NCBI GenBank assembly: GCA_964016885.1
Contig: OZ024745.1
Coordinates: 34,038,001 to 34,102,000, forward strand
Length of the DNA: 64,000 nt
DNA from: Eledone cirrhosa
Lineage: Eukaryota
Reading direction: 5' to 3'
The notes beneath the pieces were generated by a model, which worked only from the letters and a program-made list of their open reading frames with translations, did no database searches and had not been told where the DNA came from. Positions 15,931-28,330 of this stretch are shown one piece after another. Each line of letters opens with the position of its first letter. Positions within the stretch are counted from its first letter, which is position 1. Both the position numbers and the translations under genes were made by a program.

Positions 15931-16025
15931 CATAGCTAAATGGTTAAGAAGTTCGCTTCGCGATCATGAAGTCCAAAGTTGGACCCCGCTACGTGACATC
16001 TTGGGCAAATGTCTTTACGGGGCTC
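15931..16025 (+). mobile_element. tRNA-derived SINE, family C (diverged)
   Basis: TGGTTAAGAAGTTCGCTT...ATCTTGGGCAAATGTCT. Related copies near 28655, 31885, 55000(-) and 56800. Confidence 0.55.
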
Positions 16026-17605
16026 AGGTGAAAAGATACTCTCGTAATGACCATATTGATTTCAAAATATATTTCATACATTTTATCAACTATACTATGA
16101 TGAAATATAAAATCAGCTCACGTCGCTTACGCATCAGTTTTTAAATAGAGTAAATCGAATGTGATTTAATTGCTTGCGCTACACTTCCATATTGTAACGC
16201 TAAGGTAACTATGAATAATATTTAATGGTACAGAAGAGAAAGAATAGAAACTATGATTCAATTTCTATTCTTAATTGACACAATTTTATTTTCATTAACC
16301 TGCTACTTCCCATAATAAGAACTATGAACATAGTTTCCCATTCCTTTTTCTCTTAAATTATACAGCATTTGATAATGGTTTCTAATTTAGGCAAAATGCC
16401 AGTCATTTTGAAGGGGGAGAGGAAAGTCGATTATATCGACCCCTAAAAATGAAGACAAAGTTGTGGCGGGATTTTGAAATCGGAACGTAATGAGTCGTAA
16501 TTTATTTTGTCTGCTGACGAGCCTACCAATCAGTGCATTTAATGATGGTTTCTACATTTGAGACAAGAGTATACCAATCCATAGCGCTTGAAATATTTTA
16601 ATGAATGATAATAATAAAAAGATATTCTTCAGTAATGTTATGGTAAGGATGGCAAATTAGCAAAGTTGTTAGAACGACAGACAGAATTATTTATAGTACT
16701 CGCTTAGGCTATTGACTGTGCCTTTCATCTGTTCGAAGTTGAAACAAAGTACCAGTCTTGTGCTAGGATATTAATTTCACTAGTTCTCTTCTCTTTCGCT
16801 CTATATCTCATTCTCCTGATGAAACTGACTGTAATCAAGCTTAGAGAGCGATGGGCTCCGCGAGGTTTTAAATGTCCTACACACATTGTATATCACTACG
16901 CCGCCTCTGTGATTTATTTGGTGTGGCATATTAATACTATGATAATCGGGGGTTACCAACACACACTATACAGGTCAATTTTCCATAGATTCCATTTATA
17001 GTCATCGAAATAATGTATCATAATCTCATCTGAAGTGCTGTGACTTCACATCCTGTTTTCTGTTTCTTTTAACAGGGTACAGAGCTATAACGGTTAGCTA
17101 AGAAGTTAATACGTTATGTAATGCACTCTGTAGCAAAATGACTTCTTGGTATTGTAAACATAATATATATAATCTTAAGTTTTAGCTGCAGTAAATTGAT
17201 TTATAGACACAAAATTGAAGTAACTTGATTTCCAAGCACAAATTAATATATTGATGTAAGACAATTCACTTCAGCATAGAAATAGGTACATGGTTGTGAG
17301 CTGTTGTAATTTAAAATTATTTTGTTAAATGAGGAATGTGGTAGCCATGTTCTCTTCATACTGTTGAGGTCGATGTGCTTAATGTTTATTAAGAACTTTT
17401 GTAGGTTGATGCAAATGGGGAACAGGTGTTTAGATCGATGGGTCTCTAGATGGATAGATAGATAGACAGAGAGTTAGAGAGACGAGAGACAGAATAAATG
17501 TTCAAGGGAAGATGCAATTATGAATATAAGGGACTGGACGTATTTGTTGCTTACTTGTCAGATCTAAAGGGAAGGGCAGTGGATATGGCCTTACCAAGTC
17601 CTCCG

Positions 17606-17675
17606 AGATTGGCGAGATTGATTGGCGAGATTGATTGGCGAGATTGATTGGCGAGATTGATTGGCGAGATTGATT
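17606..17675. repeat. 13-bp tandem repeat (GAGATTGATTGGC)x~5
   Basis: Directly visible. Confidence 0.9.
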
Positions 17676-17989
17676 CGCTACTTGTCAACACCTGTAGAAA
17701 ATATATGAGCGGGTAGGATGGAGTTCCCGACAGGAAGCACTGTGACATGGAGTAACTTATACAAGACAAGTGGGGGTGACGGTGACCATTTGTGGGAAAT
17801 TTAGCTAGGAATTTCTCATGGGCCAAAGAGCATAATGGTTTGCTATAAGAAATCATAATGATGGTTACTGATGAATGAAAGAAAGTATGTACACTAACTC
17901 CATCACTCTAGAAAGGTTAGAAATAAAGTGGATTCACTGATACAAAATGTCTGTATAATGGAGCTCCTTTGGTTTCGACGGTAGCAACA

Positions 17990-18098
17990 TGAAATGAAGA
18001 GACTCGCTCAAGGAAACCACTCACCACCCGGTGCAGGAATCGAAATCACAAACTCATAATGTTGAGGCTAGCATCCCAACCACTAAGCCACGTGACTT
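17990..18098 (-). mobile_element. SINE family B (diverged)
   Basis: Reverse complement shows TGGCTTAGTGGTTGGG and TTTCGATTCC. Confidence 0.6.
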
Positions 18099-18721
18099 CA
18101 TTTAACATAAAAAATAGAAGACTTAGAAAAGGCAAAGAAAATTTGGTCATATGTTTTATATTCAATATTTTTCTGAAATTTACTGTTTAAAAACAACAAC
18201 AAAACTAAACAAAAGTATCCCAGAAACAATGCTTTGCAATATATATTTCTTTAAAAAAATAAACAAAAAATCCATACCATTAACATTTATTGCGGAAGAT
18301 GTTGAATGTCAGAAGGGAGACAGAGAGAATGCCGTTCACACGTTGAGAAAACTAAGAACACAAAAATGAACTCATGTTAAGAAAAAACAAAACAAAAAAA
18401 GAAAACGTCATTGCTTTTGCTATCTTATTCATATGCTAAATTCCAGAGTAGCGGAAATGATTTTCTACTTTCGAACTTTTAGAAAGAAATAATAAGAAAA
18501 ATAAACAAAGAAAGCAATAAAGAGTTGGTATAACAAAAATTAAATAGAAAACAATATAGAAATAGAAAAATCAACATTATCCAGCAAGAAGGTTTGTTGC
18601 ATACGTCAGAAACATGTTTGGAAATGTCACTTTTAAATGGTCTAAACATGTTTATATTCGCTTTTGTTTAATGCCATCAAAAACAAGACGACAGCTTCGG
18701 TTGATCAAAGTATTTCGAGTA

Positions 18722-18771
<50 letters not shown>

Positions 18772-18773
<2 letters not shown>

Positions 18774-19063
18774 AGGGCGGGTAAAATTCCCGAGATCCAT
18801 GGACGAGTTGTCTCCAGCGGTCTCTGTCCCTCATTATCGCTGCCATGTCCTGTATGGGAGCCTCCCAAAAGTCAGCTCAAAAGTGACACAGAGGAGACTG
18901 AGGTTAGCTGGACATGCTCACCGACATCCAGAGTTGACATTGCACTCAGTGCTCCTGGGGGAGCCCCTACATGGACACACTGGAAGAGGAAGACCAAGGT
19001 TAACGTATGTTGATGCCCTAAGGACAGACACTGGTCTGTTGGAGACGCAGGACATGGCAGCGA
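18772..19063. mobile_element. RTE-clade LINE 3' fragment with internal inversion
   Basis: + strand 18852-19063 encodes YGSLPKVSSKVTQRRLRLAGHAHRHPE...GRGRPRLTYVD...QDMAA. - strand 18772-18851 encodes the continuation QDMAAIMRDRDRWRQLV...* followed by (TA)n. Confidence 0.85.
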
Positions 19064-19126
19064 AAATAATATATATATATATATATATATATCGTCGCCG
19101 GAACCGGTGGAGGTCCGACCACTATG

Positions 19127-19187
<61 letters not shown>

Positions 19188-19218
19188 AGATCAAAAGATG
19201 GTTAAAAGAGTTCCATGT

Positions 19219-19287
19219 ATTTTATTATGCGCATTTCAAAAACAAATATCATCATGAGATGACATTTGCGTTTTCGTCAGATAAAAT
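19219..19287 (-). ncRNA. Type-I hammerhead ribozyme motif (PLE-type)
   Basis: TTTTAT-CTGACGA-[long stem II]-GAAA-TGCGCA-TA-ATAAAA. Stem I TTTTAT/ATAAAA, palindromic stem III ATGCGCAT, AUA cleavage triplet. Confidence 0.8.
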
Positions 19288-19406
19288 AGGGAGACATGAT
19301 ATGAAGGTTAAAACACACTTGCGAATAGTGCAGTTTTAAATCAACATTGTTGATTTAAAACTGCACTATTCACAAGTGTGTTTTAACGTTCATATCATGT
19401 CTCCCT

Positions 19407-19475
19407 ATTTTATCTGACGAAAACGCAAATGTTATTGCATGATGATATTTGTTTTTGAAATGCGCATAATTAAAT
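19407..19475 (+). ncRNA. Type-I hammerhead ribozyme motif (mirror copy)
   Basis: CTGACGA at 19414, GAAA at 19457, then TGCGCA-TA. One mismatch in stem I. Confidence 0.75.
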
Positions 19476-19598
19476 ACATGGAACTCTTTTAACCATCTTT
19501 TGATCTTATATTATTTATACTCCAGTCCTACAAACTGTAGAGTGCTACTTATCCGATATCTGCATTGCTTTATTGTACTACAATAAAACTCACCTCCT

Positions 19599-19642
<44 letters not shown>

Positions 19643-19653
19643 TTAATATAGAT

Positions 19654-19706
19654 CAGATTCTACAGGACTAGAACTGTTTCATTCTTTAGAAATCATCAGG
19701 AATCTG
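19654..19706 (-). ncRNA. Minimal type-I hammerhead ribozyme motif within a ~140-bp element (19640-19781) in (TA)n
   Basis: CAGATTC-CTGATGA-T-TTC-TAAA-GAA-T-GAAA-CAG-TTCTAGTC-CTG-TA-GAATCTG. All core nucleotides present, 7-bp stem I, GUA triplet. Confidence 0.85.
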
Positions 19707-19779
19707 GCTTTCCAAAATAAATGTTGTAGTATTTATATCTTTTAAGGTGGTTACTTCCGATTCAACCCGGAATAACATA

Positions 19780-19824
<45 letters not shown>

Positions 19825-20009
19825 GCATGCCTTTTTCTGTGACCCTATATGTGATTTTATTTGATATACGTATTAAATATTACAGTAATGAACGAATGAA
19901 TTAAAATATTAAACACTTTTGTTTACCTTGAGGTTACAGGTAATGAATAGTGCTTCTTGCCGCAACATTTTCGCTATACTTACAAATACGTGTTGCAAAA
20001 GCTTCATAT

Positions 20010-20395
20010 AATTGTTTCTTCTTTTGGCACAAGGCCAGCAATTGTCCCAGTACATTACTGGTACTTTATTTTATCGACCCTGTAAGGATGAAAGACAAAG
20101 TTAACCTCGGCGGGATTTGAATTCAGATCGTAAAGGGACGTGATTATGCTGGAAAGTATGTCCGACCCTCTACCGATACTGCCAATTCACCTCAGATAAT
20201 TGTTTCTACTTTTGGCACAAGGCCAGCAATTACCCAGTGCATTACTGGTACTTTATTTTGTCGACCCCGTAAGGATGAAAGGCAAAGTCAACCTCGGCGA
20301 GATTTGAACTCAGATCGTAAAGGGACGTAACTATGCTGGAAAGCATGGCGTCCGACCGTCCACCGATACTGCCAATCCACCGCCAATTCACCTCA
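20010..20395 (-). mobile_element. Two tandem SINE family A copies
   Basis: Reverse complements of family A at 20010-20195 and 20197-20395. Confidence 0.9.
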
Positions 20396-21018
20396 GATAA
20401 TGGCAACCAGTTTCTAAAGTCACGTTCTTGCTTAATAGCTCATGGTGTTTTGTTTGATAACATTTCTAATAAAAGGGAATCATTTAGAGATTTCGGGTGG
20501 ACGTATATTTACTGAATCTCATTTATCTATAGCAATGCAGCAGTATGGTGGTTGTGATGATGACGATAGGGGGGGGGGGATGATGAGGATGATGATGATG
20601 ATGATGATGACGATGATGATGATGATAATGGTGGAATTGGTGGTAGTGGTAGTAATGAAAGGCGTGGTGAAGATGATGATGATGATTGTGGTTGAAGTGG
20701 AAATGACGATAAAGATGGTGATAGTGTTGGTCTTGATAATGATTGGAGATGATGGTGATAGAAGTGAGAATGATGATGATGAAGGTGGTGGTGGTGAAGA
20801 AAAGATTAAGGGTTGTCATGGTGAAAATGATGATGATGGCGATGAAGCTGGTGGCGGTGAAGATCAGACGATGGCGTAGGTGGTGCCGAAGATGTTGATG
20901 AATATGATAATGACAATGATGATGAAGGTGATCGTAATGGTGATGGCGGTCATAAAGATGACTATATATATATATATATGTATATATATGTATATATATA
21001 TGTATATATATGTATATA

Positions 21019-21201
<183 letters not shown>

Positions 21202-21837
21202 AGGATGAATATAAAATGAAAGTGCTTTTGTTAAAAAAGGAATTTATTAGGTATTGACATATGTTTCTGTAACAGACCGAATACCTATGTATCGCTGCTT
21301 GCGTAATCATATAATGTTAGCAAGTATTCGATAGCAAATGTATAATCAGTTGTCACTTCTTCAGAGATTTTGGATAAACTGGATAAAATCAGAAAAATTG
21401 AAGTATTTATATTAGTAAAAGAGGAAGGAATAGAGGGGATAGAATATGACAGATGGTAAAATAATTTACTGCTAAACAAGTATATAATGGGTTTTTAATG
21501 AGAATACCATGAGTAAATCTAAATAAGAATTTTGGGAGTGCCGATTTTAATCCCTACTTGACCAACTGGACAAGGGACAGGGCTGGTCATTTGGTGCAGT
21601 AGTATTAATCATAAAGTGTCAATTGGGGAAGGGGGAGATTTCGATTGCTACTAAATAACATCAATGCTAGTAGTCAGCTGGTATTTCCACTAGGGAATTG
21701 AATCAAAAAATCAGAAATCTCATTTTATCTATAGCAGTTTGTATTAAAAGGTAAATAATAGAAGAGTTGATAGAATTAAGACTAATAAAGAATGTTCATA
21801 TCTATTTTGACAATCAAACGGGGATAGAGACAGGCGT

Positions 21838-23630
21838 TCAATCCTGGTAGTATTTATAATATGAAAATGTAGATTTTAAGCGATGGTTACAGTATAACGA
21901 TCGCTCTATTCTGTTATTTAATAAAATGTTTTTGGATTTCATAATACAAAATAATTCTACATTACATAATTTACAAAATTCCTGTCCATTGGAATATGGG
22001 GGGGGGGGGGGGGGGGGCAGTCGCTATTATATCCCATTTTAGGTGAAATTGTTGGTTATTTTCACGCAGCTGCCAAGCCTTGTCTGCGAGTGTTGTTACA
22101 TAACGCTGGTTTTCATGTTTTATCGAATAACGATGTCTATAAAGGCGTGATTTAAAGGAGGTGGCTGTAGATCCCACATAGTACCACTTCTGTCTATCCG
22201 ATTCGATAGTACATTTGTATACGATGTTGCGTTCAAGACACTGATTGTTCAACGGACACATTCCTGGTTGGACACAGTTGCAATTACAATTTTGCGTTGT
22301 TGTATTGCCATGGATGGGTTGATGAGGTTGCTTATGCAGGACAGGATGTTGTTTGTTGTTTTGTGATGTTATAGCTAATGTTTTACGTGTATTGTTATGT
22401 GTTGGAAGGCGTTTATACAACCGTTTTGCGTTAAGCATTTTTATATGTTGTTCAATATTAGGGGCGGTTGAATATGAAAGTCGGATGGTGTTAGGGTTTA
22501 AGATTTTATTATATTTATGTGATGTTGGAAAGTGTTTTCTAACTAATCGAAAGAATTTTGTGGGTAGATTGGTTTTAATAGATTTGTTATAGACCGGGTT
22601 GTACCAGATATACTCCTTACATCGCCTTCTGTTTGGTGGTGTGCGACTATTATTGTGTCTATTGCGGTAGTGTATGTATGGTGGTGATTCTGTGCTATTT
22701 CTACTCCTATGTGATTTATTTTGGGTGTTTTGGTGATCATTGACTATATACTCTATATTATCTAGGTGACCGGCTTTCCTAAGTGCATCATCATAATACT
22801 CGGCATGTTCTTTGAAGGTTTGTTGGTTGGACGATAGGCGGGAGATTCTAAGAGAAACATTTCTAGGGATGGATTTAATTATAGAGAGTGGATGGTTAGA
22901 ACTCGTATTTACATATTTAAGGTTCTCATTTAGTTTATGGAACGGTTTAATCGTATCTGTATTGAGATTGAAAGTAACATCAAGGAAATTGACCTCTTTG
23001 AGGTTATATTCAAATGTAATATTTAATCCTAGTTCTTTAAAAAGTTTTCTGATATTTTTACGCATCCTTTCTAAATTCTGGTTATTCATATTCTTAACTA
23101 ATAGGAGCGCATCGTCACGGTAAATTCCACCGTGGAGATCCTTGAATTTTCCTTGTAATCTGTGGGTGATATAAATTCCCACAAGATCTGTTACTTCCGC
23201 CGAATCATTAGAACCCATAGTGATATCAAAATTAGAAGGTCTATCTTTGCGAACCCAGTAGCTATCATCGAATTTAACTATAGTTTTTCTCGCTTCCATA
23301 ATAATTTTAATTTCAGCATCCGTAAGGTCGGAATTATCCTTAGCGAACGAAAGAGCTTCATGTAGAGTATCAGGTGAAATTGAGGAATAATATTCATCAA
23401 TATCAAACTGAATAACTTTTGATTTTTTCTTATCAGTAATGTTGTTAAACCATCTTATTGCTTCATGAGTGTTACCCCATAGTTTAATCTCTACTTTAAC
23501 CTTAACTTGGGGGATAATTCTGTCTAGTATATATTTGCTAATTTTACCTATATCAGATTTAGAGGGGCATATAAGTCTAATATTAGGGTTAGTATCGAAG
23601 TTTACCTTGTGGTCCTTCAGGTTGAAGGAT
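21838..23630 (-). pseudogene. PLE reverse transcriptase + GIY-YIG endonuclease ORF (N-truncated, one frameshift in a G20 run)
   Basis: Frame is open upstream of the annotated ATG: LKDHK...RLICPSKSDIGKISK...WF...FDIDEYYSSI, then MGS, GIYRDD, NFLDV, CNC..CPL..C, IVYKC..YYVGST..FKSRL. After the 21998-22017 homopolymer another frame gives PYSNGQEFCKLCNVE...LLNNRIE...CNH...* ending at 21838. Confidence 0.93.
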
Positions 23631-23982
23631 GGTATAGCTGGTGATTCAATTCCCTAGTGGAAATACCAGCTGACTACTAGCATTGATGTTATTTAGTAGC
23701 AATCGAAATCTCCCCCTTCCCCAATTGACACTTTATGATTAATACTACTGCACCAAATGACCAGCCCTGTCCACTGTCCAGTTGGTCAAGTAGGGATTAA
23801 AATCGGCACTCCCAAAATTCTTATTTAGATTTACTCATGGTATTCTCATTAAAAACCCATTATATACTTGTTTAGCAGTAAATTATTTTACCATCTGTCA
23901 TATTCTATCCCCTCTGTTCCTTCCTCTTTTACTAATATAAATACTTCAATTTTTCTGATTTTATCCAGTTTATCCAAAATCT

Positions 23983-24097
23983 CTGAAGAAGTGACAACTG
24001 ATTATACATTTGCTATCGAATACTTGCTAACATTATATGATTACGCAAGCAGCGATACATAGGTATTCGGTCTGTTACAGAAACATATGTCAATACC
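23983..24097 (+). ncRNA. Candidate hammerhead with ~90-nt stem II insertion in the PLE terminal repeat (mirror copy 21250-21364, -)
   Basis: CTGAAGA-A-GTGACA...TGTTAC-A-GAAA-CATATG-TC. Palindromic stem III ACATATGT, GUC triplet. Stem I pairing is poor. Confidence 0.5.
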
Positions 24098-24267
24098 TAA
24101 TAAATTCCTTTTTTAACAAAAGCACTTTCATTTTATATTCATCCTTTCTACATTTCTCCGGAATATAATTTATACTCGTTGAGCAAACCTGCACGTACGC
24201 TGTTCATCTCTAACGTAACGATATATTATCACTACATTATTGATAACCTGAAATTTTATATATATAT

Positions 24268-25441
<1,174 letters not shown>

Positions 25442-25458
25442 ATTATATATATATATAC

Positions 25459-25560
<102 letters not shown>

Positions 25561-25643
25561 GAAAGATATAGAAATTGTTTTAGCGAGAAGCTAATAGTAT
25601 TCTATAACATATATATGTTATATATGTATATATATATATATAT

Positions 25644-25810
25644 ATGGTGGCTGCCAACTCGTTTTCGAGTACGGCCACTACTTTATATCCATGTAAGAGA
25701 ACCCCTACCGATGCGCTGAACGAGTGTGACTTTTTAGTCCAGCCACCGACTTGAAAACTCTGGTACAAACACTACACTTGTCAAGGCAGAATTCTAGGAG
25801 AAGGAAAACT

Positions 25811-25815
<5 letters not shown>
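25644..25815 (-). mobile_element. Bipartite RTE-derived element, truncated, with inverted head
   Basis: 3' end on the - strand (25644-25780) is joined at TTGT to the head sequence on the + strand. Confidence 0.8.
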
Positions 25816-25854
<39 letters not shown>

Positions 25855-26004
25855 CATATATAGACACATACATATATATATACATACATATATATATACA
25901 CATACATACATATATATATATACACATACATACATATATATACATACATACATACATAAATATACATACATACATATATATATATATACATACATAAAAC
26001 ACAG

Positions 26005-26815
26005 ACCATAGAGGGGATAAACCACTCAAAAAGCCTGGCATGGAGTTCCGACAAGTTTATGACATCACACCTTGAGGGATATCTCTATGCAATACAGGAA
26101 CAAGAACTCCCTACCAAATATCTGCTGCACAAAAGAGGAGGGCCAGCAGCTGACAATAAATGTAGGCTATGTAAAACAAAGATCGAGGATGTAAGCCACA
26201 TTGTTGCCAGCTGCTAAAGAATGTCATCTCGCTACTACCTCCCCATGAGACACGATGGGATAGCTAGAACCATATGGAACGCACTTCAGAAAACAAAATT
26301 AACAATAAACGAGGAAGAATATATTGAGACAGATGGCACTAAGGAATAGTGGTGGAACCTGAAAATAAAAACTGCCACCAAATTAAAGCACAACCGGCCT
26401 GATATTGTTGTTTGGGACCACACATTGAAAACGTCTTCTGTTGGGGAGATCAGCTGCCCACTTGATGTAAACGTTGTCAGAAAAATACAGGAGAAGGAGG
26501 ACATCTACGGACCATTGATGAGGAGTTAAAAATCCAGTATCCAATATACACCTTTAGCTTCATACCCATCATTATTGGAGCTACGGGTTATATACCAACC
26601 CGCTTGGACCAAAGTATGACTGAACTTGGATTTGCGGACAAAAAGCGCAGCTCCCTAATTCATAGTCTACAAAATGGCTGCGATAGCTGGCACCTTCAAA
26701 ATTTGCAGAACATTCTTGCCATTCAAGGGATGACAATTTCTTTTCTTTTACAACCTTGCCACCAGGAAGGTGGCCGGTCAAAAAAAATATACTCGAAATT
26801 AAGAGAAAGAGATAA
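26005..26815 (+). mobile_element. R4/Dong-type RLE LINE 3' fragment (CCHC finger + restriction-like endonuclease)
   Basis: [14 protein letters not shown]...CRLCKTKIEDVSHIVASC...YLPMRHD...WWNLKIKT..KHNRPDIVVWD...EISCPLD...EKEDIYGPL...IPIIIGATG...KICRTFL, with stops and frameshifts. Confidence 0.88.
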
Positions 26816-27374
26816 CATACATATATATATACACATACATACATATATATATATACACATACATACATATATATATATACACATACATACATATATATAT
26901 ATATACACATACATACATATATATATGTACACATACATACATATATATACACACACATACATATATACACATACATATATATATACACATACATATATAT
27001 ATACACATACATATATATATATATACATACATATATATATATACATACATATATATATATACATACATAAATATATACATATATATATATACATACATAC
27101 ATATATATATACATATATATATACATATATATACATATATATATACATATATATATATACATATATATATACATATATATATATACATATATATATACAT
27201 ATATATATATACATATATATATATACATATATATATATACATATATATATATACATATATATATATACATATATACATATACATATATACATATATATAT
27301 ATACATATATATATATACATATATATATATACATATATATATATACATATATATATATACATATATATATATAC

Positions 27375-27407
<33 letters not shown>

Positions 27408-27436
27408 GATATATATATATACATATATATATATAC

Positions 27437-27467
<31 letters not shown>

Positions 27468-28330
27468 CATATATATATACATATATATATACATATATAC
27501 ATATATATATATACATATATATATATACATATATATACATATATATATATACATATATATATATACATATATATATATACATATATATATATACATATAT
27601 ATATATACATATATATATATACATATATATATATACATATATATATATATACATATATATATATACATATATATATATATACATATATATATATACATAT
27701 ATATATATACATATATATACATATATATATATTCATATATATATATACATATATATACATATATATATATACATATATATACATATATATATATTCATAT
27801 ATATATATACATATATATACATATATATATATATACATATATATACATATACATATATATATATACATATATATATATATACATATATATATATACATAT
27901 ATATATATACATATATATACATATATATATATACATATATATACATATATATATATACATATATATACATATATATATATACATATATATACATATATAT
28001 ATATACATATATATATATACATATATATACATATATATATATACATATATATACATATATATATATACATATATATACATATATATACATATATATACAT
28101 ATATATACATATATATATATACATATACATATATATACATATATATATATACATATACATATATATACATATATATATATACATATACATATATATACAT
28201 ATATATATATACATATATACATATATATATATATACATATATACATATATATATATATATACATATATATATATGTATGTATATGTATGTATAAATATAT
28301 ATATATATATATATTCATATATACATATAT
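26816..28330. repeat. ~1.5-kb (TA)n/(TACA) compound microsatellite
   Basis: Directly visible. It is the source of the 605-aa YI/HI pseudo-ORFs. Confidence 0.97.

Larger units (their letters stand above)
19181..19603. mobile_element. Fold-back mini Penelope-like element (333-bp palindrome plus ~90-bp tail) in (TA)n
   Basis: Arms 19181-19346 and 19348-19513 are reverse complements. Homologous to the PLE 3' region at 24445-24606. Confidence 0.85.
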
